A program made the position numbers and the translations under genes. A stretch of DNA of 64,000 nucleotides from an uncultured SAR86 cluster bacterium (GTDB taxonomy: Bacteria; Pseudomonadota; Gammaproteobacteria; Magnimaribacterales; D2472), in assembly GCA_902514105.1 (NCBI GenBank), contig CABXPU010000001.1, forward strand, positions 36,105 through 100,104. The letters run 5' to 3'. The stretch's first letter is position 1; each line of letters starts with the position of its first letter. The notes under the pieces were generated by a model, which had not been told where the DNA came from, searched no databases, and saw only the letters and a program-made list of their open reading frames with translations. Positions 29,060 to 35,327 of this stretch are shown one piece after another.

Positions 29060-29091
29060 TAAAATAACCAACTCCTTTTTCAAGGAGTTGG
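29060..29091 (-). terminator. rho-independent terminator/attenuator hairpin between the GS gene and ntrB
   Basis: The minus strand reads CCAACTCCTT-GAAA-AAGGAGTTGG (perfect 10-bp stem at 29068-29077/29082-29091, 4-nt loop) followed by TTATTTT. It starts 13 nt after the GS stop codon. Confidence 0.7.
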
Positions 29092-29103
29092 TAAATATAG
29101 ATA

Positions 29104-30084
29104 TTATTTTGTTAATGTCCCCACTAGATGAGCCAAGATTTTATATGGATCGGCATTAGAAGCAGGCCTTCTGTCTTCTAGGTAGCCATTCCAATTATGT
29201 TCAACTGTATAAACTGGTATTCGAATACTAGCTCCTCTATCACTAACTCCATAAGAGAATTGATCAATGCTTTGAGTTTCGTGAAGCCCGGTTAGTCTCA
29301 TGTCGTTATCTGAGCCATAAGCTGCAATCCCTTCTTTATGAGCAGCACCTAATTTGTCACACATTAATGAAAATAACTCTTCGGTTCCATTGCTTCTCAT
29401 CTCTTCATTTGAAAAGTTTGTGTGCATTCCAGAACCATTCCAGTCACCAGTTTTGGGTTTTGGATGAATATTTACTCCAACTCCAAACTCTTCAGCAATT
29501 TTGTATAACAAGTATCTGCTTACCCACAAATCATCAGCTGCTTTAATTCCTTTTCCAAGGCATTGGTATTCCCATTGACCAAGAGCAACTTCAGCATTTG
29601 TTCCTGTTAGAGTTATACCTAAATCAAGACAGGCTTGAAGATGAACGTCAGAAATTTCTCTGCCAACGACATTTCCAGCACCAACACCACAATAATAATC
29701 TCCTTGGGGAGCAGGTTCTCCATTTTCCCAACCCAACGGATCTCCAGTCTCTGGATCAGTAAAGAAAAATTCTTGCTCAAAGCCAAACCACCACTCGTCA
29801 GTTACTACAGCATCTGCAGCGGCCCTAAAATTAGAAGGGTGTGTAGCTCTAGAAGCATCTTGAACTTGTGTCATTACTAGATCATGACCATTTGGATTTG
29901 CATAAGTTTCAACAGGGATTAGTAAACAATCTGAACTTCCACCCTCAGCTTGCTGCGTGGATGATCCATCAAAAGACCATTCTGGGGGTGTGTCACTATC
30001 CGTGGCCTTAACCTTACTTCGCATAGAAGGTTCAGGCTGATAGCCATCTAGCCATATATATTCATAAGTTTTATATTCTGCCAT
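29104..30084 (-). CDS. glnII: glutamine synthetase type II (eukaryote-like GlnII)
   Basis: 326 aa. YEYIWLDG, FDGSSTQQAEGGSSDC, WFGFEQEFF, PAPQGDYYCGVG, NAEVALGQWEYQ, DWNGSGMHTNFS, RLTGLHET, SDRGASIRIP and GYLEDRRPASNADPY match rhizobial GlnII and eukaryotic GS throughout. It is too short for GSI, which is about 470 aa. Confidence 0.88.
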   Translation of the reverse strand: MAEYKTYEYIWLDGYQPEPSMRSKVKATDSDTPPEWSFDGSSTQQAEGGSSDCLLIPVETYANPNGHDLVMTQVQDASRATHPSNFRAAADAVVTDEWWFGFEQEFFFTDPETGDPLGWENGEPAPQGDYYCGVGAGNVVGREISDVHLQACLDLGITLTGTNAEVALGQWEYQCLGKGIKAADDLWVSRYLLYKIAEEFGVGVNIHPKPKTGDWNGSGMHTNFSNEEMRSNGTEELFSLMCDKLGAAHKEGIAAYGSDNDMRLTGLHETQSIDQFSYGVSDRGASIRIPVYTVEHNWNGYLEDRRPASNADPYKILAHLVGTLTK

Positions 30085-30128
30085 TTTATCTCCTTAAAAA
30101 ATTAATTAAGCACTACTTATTATATATA

Positions 30129-30144
30129 TGCAATAATCATGCCA
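30129..30144 (-). promoter_or_regulatory. sigma-54 (-24/-12) promoter for the GS gene
   Basis: The minus strand reads TGGCAT-GATTA-TTGCA, against the consensus TGGCAC-N5-TTGCA (one mismatch, exact spacing). It lies about 45 nt upstream of the ATG at 30084, which is preceded by an AAGGAG Shine-Dalgarno sequence. Confidence 0.75.
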
Positions 30145-30160
30145 TATTATTTAATATAAA

Positions 30161-30177
30161 AGTACTAAATCTGTGCA
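30161..30177. promoter_or_regulatory. weaker second NtrC-like site
   Basis: AGTACTAAATCTGTGCA has a perfect right half (GTGCA) and 3 of 5 in the left half, and its central TAAAT matches the strong site. A further GTGCA occurs at 30196-30200. Confidence 0.3.
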
Positions 30178-30212
30178 TTTTTAAGTTAAGTAATTGTGCA
30201 AATTATAAATAA

Positions 30213-30229
30213 TGCACTAAATAAGTGCA
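30213..30229. promoter_or_regulatory. NtrC-type upstream activator site (perfect half-site palindrome TGCAC-N7-GTGCA)
   Basis: TGCACTAAATAAGTGCA matches the enterobacterial NtrC consensus TGCACCAnnnTGGTGCA in both outer pentamers. It is centred about 100 bp upstream of the inferred sigma-54 start site. Confidence 0.6.
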
Positions 30230-30233
30230 AATA

Positions 30234-30809
30234 CTATAGTTCTAAAAATTCTGAAATTGTTCCAAGTTTTTCAGAGAAACAGCTGTATGAATGATCCCCA
30301 CCAAAATTAATATTTACGAAACTGCCTTTATAAAACTCAATAGCATTAATATAATTTAGGACTTCATCGCCAGATTCGCATAAAAGCAAGGTCTCTCTTG
30401 GATTATTTATCTCATCTAATTCTATAGACTTTATAGCAGCTATATCATCGCCCGTTAATTCAAATTTATTCCCATTTGCATAATTTTCATTGAAACCTAA
30501 ATAGCTTTTCAATCCTTCAGAAGGATTAATTGCTGGGTTAATAACAACTGCTTTGGTTTTATGGAGGCTAGCATAATAGCTAGCAAAGAAGCCCCCCAAG
30601 GAACTGCCCATGAAATATTTTGTTATATTTTTATCTTTACTAATCATCTCATCTAGCTGAGGGATAGCCTCAGTAAATTTATCGCAGATATTTGGGATGA
30701 CTAGATTTATGTTTTGATAATTTTGTTCTATGAAATTCTTAAAAACTTGAGCCTTTGATGATTCGGCTGATGACATAAAACCATGGAAATAGAAAATACT
30801 TTTACTCAT
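30234..30809 (-). CDS. yqiA: YqiA-like alpha/beta-hydrolase esterase
   Basis: 191 aa. N-terminus IFYFHGFMSSAESSKA parallels E. coli YqiA LLYLHGFNSSPRSAKA. Nucleophile elbow GSSLGG. Confidence 0.6.
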   Translation of the reverse strand: MSKSIFYFHGFMSSAESSKAQVFKNFIEQNYQNINLVIPNICDKFTEAIPQLDEMISKDKNITKYFMGSSLGGFFASYYASLHKTKAVVINPAINPSEGLKSYLGFNENYANGNKFELTGDDIAAIKSIELDEINNPRETLLLCESGDEVLNYINAIEFYKGSFVNINFGGDHSYSCFSEKLGTISEFLEL

Positions 30810-31242
30810 TTATAATATTTTTAATTATATTTTTTGGAACTAAGCCGGAATTAAAAATACTTTCTAACCATTCTGTAAGAAATCTGTTCTGTTGTTCCTT
30901 TTCATCTTTAGATTGCATCACAGTTTTTTTGTAAAAGAACGGCAAAGGTTTTTCGCTTTGATAGGAAGATACCTCAACCATTTCAGCGTCTAGAAAAACA
31001 TTAATCCTTAATGTAAATGAATTAAGCGGAATATCTATGTCTATAGATTTAGCTTCTATGCAAATAGTGTGTTTCGTCCTATCAAGCACTAAGAATGACA
31101 CATGCTGATAATTGTTATTATTGACAACTGATTCAAAAAAATAGTGGTCCTTCTCAAAGCGCATTAATATCCTAGACAGTCTTAGGAAATTAGCTTCACA
31201 GATACTAATATGATGCGATGTTTTTGGAAGTTTATTTCTCAT
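30802..31242 (-). CDS. DUF1249 (YqiB-like) protein
   Basis: 146 aa. The position immediately upstream of yqiA, as in enterobacteria, and the N-terminal ICEANFLRLSRIL pattern resemble YqiB. Assignment rests partly on synteny. Confidence 0.45.
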   Translation of the reverse strand: MRNKLPKTSHHISICEANFLRLSRILMRFEKDHYFFESVVNNNNYQHVSFLVLDRTKHTICIEAKSIDIDIPLNSFTLRINVFLDAEMVEVSSYQSEKPLPFFYKKTVMQSKDEKEQQNRFLTEWLESIFNSGLVPKNIIKNIINE

Positions 31243-31244
31243 AA

Positions 31245-32381
31245 CTAAATTCTATATTCTTTCTTTATAGGTGTATATTTATCACAAGAATCTTTATATT
31301 CTAAGATTCCATATTTTTCTTTTAAACAAAATTCATTTATAGCGTTTCGCAAATCTTTCTTTAATAAATAATGAAATGATGAGGAAAGCTCAGGCTCAAA
31401 TCCCCTTCTTATTTTATGCTCTCCTTGAACTCCAGGATCGAAGTAATCAAGGTTGTTTTTAATACAATATTCAATTCCTTGGTAGTAGCATGTTTCAAAA
31501 TGGAGACAATCAATATTCTTGGAACTACCCCAATGACGACCATATAAAGTATTACTATTCTTAAAACATAAAGAACTGCCAATGACTTCATTATCTTGAA
31601 TAGCAAAGAATAGGACAGGCTGGCTTGTTTTCTTGCCTGATAAAAGAAGATCAAAAAATGATCTAGTTAAATATGGTCTTTGCCATCTATCTATATAAGT
31701 TTGGCAATACAAGCTATAAAAGATATCCCAATCATCTCTAGATATTGAATCTTGTTCAACGATTTTAAAAGTTATATCTGATTGCAGGATTTTTCTTCTT
31801 TCAGCTCTGATAGTTTTTCTTTGTCTAGATGTAAATATATTTAAAAAGTCATTAAAATCTTTGTAGCTTCTGTTTTTCCATACAAACCGACACCCAAATC
31901 TTTCAATTAATCCATGATCCCTTAATAGAGACTTAGTTTTCTTATCTGGGAAAAGGATATGCCAACTTTCTATTGCTTTATTGGCCATATAGTCTTTTAT
32001 ATCGTTCACAAGCTCATCTTTAACATTGTTATTACCTAATAATCTTTCTCCTTTACAGGGTGTATAGGGGATTGCAGTTAAAAGCTTTGGATAATAGCTT
32101 CTTCCAGCCTGCTGAAGAGCATGGGACCACGAATAATCAAAGACAAACTCACCATTGCTATTATATTTTTTATATACCGGCATAAATCCAATTAATTTTC
32201 CGTCATTCTCTTTTAAGAAATGATGTGGCTCCCAACCAGATTCTGGAGAAACAGATTTGCTAGCCTCTAATGCATGAAGGTAGTTGTATTGTGAGAAGGG
32301 CGAATTCGCCCTTTTATTAATTTTTAAAAAATCATCTTCAGATATGTCTTTAATTGAATTCCTAATAATCAGAGAACTCAT
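31245..32381 (-). CDS. GNAT-fold acyltransferase-like protein (DUF482 / FemAB-like family)
   Basis: 378 aa. SPFSQYNYLHALEASKSVSPESGWEPHHF, GEFVFDYSWSHA and YYPKLLTAIPYTPCKGERLL match my memory of the PF04339 consensus. Confidence 0.6.
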   Translation of the reverse strand: MSSLIIRNSIKDISEDDFLKINKRANSPFSQYNYLHALEASKSVSPESGWEPHHFLKENDGKLIGFMPVYKKYNSNGEFVFDYSWSHALQQAGRSYYPKLLTAIPYTPCKGERLLGNNNVKDELVNDIKDYMANKAIESWHILFPDKKTKSLLRDHGLIERFGCRFVWKNRSYKDFNDFLNIFTSRQRKTIRAERRKILQSDITFKIVEQDSISRDDWDIFYSLYCQTYIDRWQRPYLTRSFFDLLLSGKKTSQPVLFFAIQDNEVIGSSLCFKNSNTLYGRHWGSSKNIDCLHFETCYYQGIEYCIKNNLDYFDPGVQGEHKIRRGFEPELSSSFHYLLKKDLRNAINEFCLKEKYGILEYKDSCDKYTPIKKEYRI

Positions 32382-33277
32382 TAAGATATTAATTTATCTA
32401 AATTTAATTCAATTAAAAGAATTAATAATAAGCTTAAACCTACGTAATTATTATTCTTGAATGCTTCAAGAAATTTTTCCTTTTTAGCCAAGGCATGCTG
32501 GTAGTAGAAAAATAAAAGAAGAGAAATTACTCCAACAAACCATATGAAAGAAAATGATTCTAAGAGCCCTAAAATTAATAGAGTACTTATAAAAATTAAC
32601 TGAAATATTTTAATAAGAAATATCGTATTATCTTTCCACCATAATGGAGTTGAATTTATGCCAATTTTTATATCGTCCTCAGCATCACCCATTGCATAAA
32701 AAGTATCATAAGAAATAATCCAAGCAGCATTAGCTATATACAATAAGATCACTTCACTATTATGAATCTGCCCAAGCATAGAAAAAACAATTGGAATACA
32801 CCCTCCAAAAGTTATAGCTAAGAAGAATTGGGGTCCCAATATAAATCTTTTAGTAAGAGGGTAGATAATTATTAAAAGGGCTGTTATGCAGCCAATTAGG
32901 ATAGTTCGAGGATTTGTTTGGGTCAAAAGCAAGATCGAAAGAATGCCAAGGGTAATAAAAATTATCCATGCCGCTAATAAAGATAAAGATCCATTTGCTA
33001 TAGGCCTGCCTTTTGTTCTGTTAACTCTCTTATCAAACTTATAATCAAAAATATCATTAATAACACAACCAGCTGACCTAACTAAAATACAGCCAAGAAT
33101 AATAATAACCAGTGAATTTAATAATAATTCTTGGACTTCTAGAGAATACAAATCAGCAGAATCTAATAAATTGTTTGTTGCAAATAAAAATGCAATCAAG
33201 GAAGGATAAAGCAATAAATAAATACCAATGGGTTTATCTAACCTAGTGATTGATATAAATGATATAAACTTTTCCAT
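32381..33277 (-). CDS. ubiA: 4-hydroxybenzoate polyprenyltransferase
   Basis: 298 aa polytopic protein. N-terminal ITRLDKPIGIYLLLYP, a first Asp-rich motif NDIFDYKFDKRV and a second YAMGDAEDD. Confidence 0.85.
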   Translation of the reverse strand: MEKFISFISITRLDKPIGIYLLLYPSLIAFLFATNNLLDSADLYSLEVQELLLNSLVIIILGCILVRSAGCVINDIFDYKFDKRVNRTKGRPIANGSLSLLAAWIIFITLGILSILLLTQTNPRTILIGCITALLIIIYPLTKRFILGPQFFLAITFGGCIPIVFSMLGQIHNSEVILLYIANAAWIISYDTFYAMGDAEDDIKIGINSTPLWWKDNTIFLIKIFQLIFISTLLILGLLESFSFIWFVGVISLLLFFYYQHALAKKEKFLEAFKNNNYVGLSLLLILLIELNLDKLIS

Positions 33278-33278
33278 C

Positions 33279-33767
33279 TTATTTTATTAAGAATACTTCC
33301 ATGACTGAGAATGGAAAGCCTTTAACAGAGTATCTAGCTTTTCTCCCCCAATATATATGATTTTGATCTTTAAAAGATGCATATACAACTTCTTCTTTTG
33401 TAAAAATATTTTTCTCAAAAAGAATATCTCCTAAAGGCCTAGTTCCCAATTTACCTAGATCTGTAAGACCTTTTTCTATTGTCGGGTTTGGAATTATTGT
33501 TCTGGCAAATACCATTGGAATGTTATCACCATACAAAAGCACCTCTCTAGCTTTTATTTTTTTAGCATCAGAGTTTATGAATTCTTTTTCTGAATCTTTA
33601 ACCTTAGAAAATTCATCTTGAATTAGCTCAAGTCTGAAAGTAGCTTTAGATTTTATTCTTTTAGTTATTGGGCCTTCTTCTAGCAACCAAGATTTTATTT
33701 GATCATTGCTTACTTCTGCTTTAATAGCTTCAAAACAGCTCCATGATGAATTTTGTGAAAGCTTCAT
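33279..33767 (-). CDS. ubiC: chorismate pyruvate-lyase
   Basis: 162 aa immediately upstream of ubiA. REVLLYGDNIPMVFARTIIP and GTRPLGDILF resemble UbiC. Confidence 0.65.
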   Translation of the reverse strand: MKLSQNSSWSCFEAIKAEVSNDQIKSWLLEEGPITKRIKSKATFRLELIQDEFSKVKDSEKEFINSDAKKIKAREVLLYGDNIPMVFARTIIPNPTIEKGLTDLGKLGTRPLGDILFEKNIFTKEEVVYASFKDQNHIYWGRKARYSVKGFPFSVMEVFLIK

Positions 33768-33853
33768 TAATTAATATTGATAAATCTGATATTATACGCC
33801 GAAGTTTTTCTATGTTTAGACAAAGAGCTTTAAATTTTTTGTAAGGTTAATTT

Positions 33854-34024
33854 ATGGAATTTAAAAAGTGGGAATGTATCGTATGCGGCTTAATTTATGA
33901 TGAAGAAGAGGGCTGGCCAGAGGATGGTATTGAACCAGGAACAAAATGGGAAGACGTGCCTGATGATTGGATGTGTCCAGAATGTGGGGTTGGTAAAGAA
34001 GATTTTGATATGATAGAAATATAA
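33854..34024 (+). CDS. rubredoxin
   Basis: Absent from the ORF track because it is under 60 aa. From the ATG at 33854 the product is MEFKKWECIVCGLIYDEEEGWPEDGIEPGTKWEDVPDDWMCPECGVGKEDFDMIEI (56 aa), with both CxxCG knuckles and conserved aromatics. Its stop TAA at 34022-34024 shares an A with the next ATG (TAATG). Confidence 0.88.
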   Translation: MEFKKWECIVCGLIYDEEEGWPEDGIEPGTKWEDVPDDWMCPECGVGKEDFDMIEI

Positions 34025-35280
34025 TGCTAGAAACTCCTAAAAACTTAACAAGAAATATTCTCCTAGGAATGTTCTTTGGTTTTGCTGTCGGCTCATTGGC
34101 TTATTATTTTGATTTCATTCCAAGCTCTATAGAGAATTTCATTCAGGTATATATTTTTAATCTTGGAGGATCAATATTTATCAATCTTCTAAAGATGTTG
34201 ATTGTTCCTTTGATCTTTTTCTCATTAGTTTCAGGCATTTCATCCTTAACTAGTCTTAAAAGCTTAGGGAATATTACCCTTAAGACGATTAGCCTTTATC
34301 TTGGAACCACTGCAATAGCAGTAACTATATCTTTGATAGTAGCATCAATTTTTAAACCTGGAGCCGGTTATTCATCAGACATTGCTGCTCCAGATAAATT
34401 GCCAGAAGGCCAAACTGTTTATTCCACAATTTTAGATATTTTCCCATCCAATATCATTGAAGCTATGGCGCACAATGAAATGCTTGCTGTAGTATTTTTT
34501 AGTATCTTATTTGGGCTAGCTCTGAACAAGACAAACCATTTAACCAATAATCTAAGTGAATCATTTGAAAAACTTAATACTGTTTTTATGCAGCTTGTTT
34601 TAATGGTTATGGCTTTTGCTCCAATTGGAGTCTTTTGTTTAATTGGTAAGTTTGTAATAACTGACGGGCTTGATATTTTTCAAGAAGCTTTCATGTATGT
34701 AGTATTGCTTATTACAGTCCTTATTTTTCATGCCTTCATAACATATTCAATCTTTTTAAAAATCTTTACAAATTTAAGCCCTGTAATCTTTTTTAAAAAG
34801 ATGAGAGAAACAGCTATCTTTGCTTTTTCCACTTCATCAAGTGCAGCTACAATACCGGTTACATTAAAAACAGTTACAAATGATTTAGGGGTTAATAAGA
34901 ATATTTCATCTTTTGTTGTGCCAGTTGGAGCGACCATTAACATGGATGGGACTGCAATTATGCAGGGGATGGCGACAGTCTTTATTGCTCAAATGTCAGG
35001 GATTGATCTAACTATACTTCAATACCTTCAAGTCATTTTACTTGCAGTTGTAGCATCTATTGGTGCAGCAGCAGTTCCTTCTGCTGGAACAATAACTTTG
35101 GTTATAATCCTTCAACAATTTGGGCTGCCTCTTGAGGCAATTGGCATCATACTTGCGGTAGACAGGATATTAGACATGATTCGAACTTCTGTTAATGTTA
35201 CTGGTGATGCAACAGTAGCCTGTATTGTTGCTCAATCAGAAGGATTATTAGACAAATCAGTATTTGATAAATCGAAATAA
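34024..35280 (+). CDS. dicarboxylate/amino acid:cation symporter (DAACS family, GltP/DctA/SstT-like)
   Basis: 418 aa with 8 TM segments plus re-entrant hairpins. Contains SSSAATIPV (HP1-like), VGATINMDGTA and DRILDMIRTSVNVTGD motifs typical of the family. Confidence 0.8.
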   Translation: MLETPKNLTRNILLGMFFGFAVGSLAYYFDFIPSSIENFIQVYIFNLGGSIFINLLKMLIVPLIFFSLVSGISSLTSLKSLGNITLKTISLYLGTTAIAVTISLIVASIFKPGAGYSSDIAAPDKLPEGQTVYSTILDIFPSNIIEAMAHNEMLAVVFFSILFGLALNKTNHLTNNLSESFEKLNTVFMQLVLMVMAFAPIGVFCLIGKFVITDGLDIFQEAFMYVVLLITVLIFHAFITYSIFLKIFTNLSPVIFFKKMRETAIFAFSTSSSAATIPVTLKTVTNDLGVNKNISSFVVPVGATINMDGTAIMQGMATVFIAQMSGIDLTILQYLQVILLAVVASIGAAAVPSAGTITLVIILQQFGLPLEAIGIILAVDRILDMIRTSVNVTGDATVACIVAQSEGLLDKSVFDKSK

Positions 35281-35327
35281 AAAAAGTCTTTTTTAGTCTT
35301 TTTTTGTTAAAATGCAATTTTTAAAAA

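Noticed and set aside
29104-30084. Apparently higher G+C content of the GSII gene (and of the DMGDH-family and hppA genes) as evidence for recent horizontal transfer.
   Set aside because: I cannot compute composition here. The impression is explained at least partly by Gly/Ala/Pro/Trp-rich, highly conserved protein sequences. Third-codon positions still look A/T-biased like the neighbours. Ancient replacement remains possible, but recent transfer is not supported by what I can see.
35281-35310. T-rich sequence after the symporter gene (AAAAAGTCTTTTTTAGTCTTTTTTT) that looked at first like a rho-independent terminator.
   Set aside because: It is a tandem direct repeat of AGTCTTTTTT, not an inverted repeat. 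The only possible pairing is a weak A-run/T-run stem with no G-C pairs, so I do not call it a terminator.
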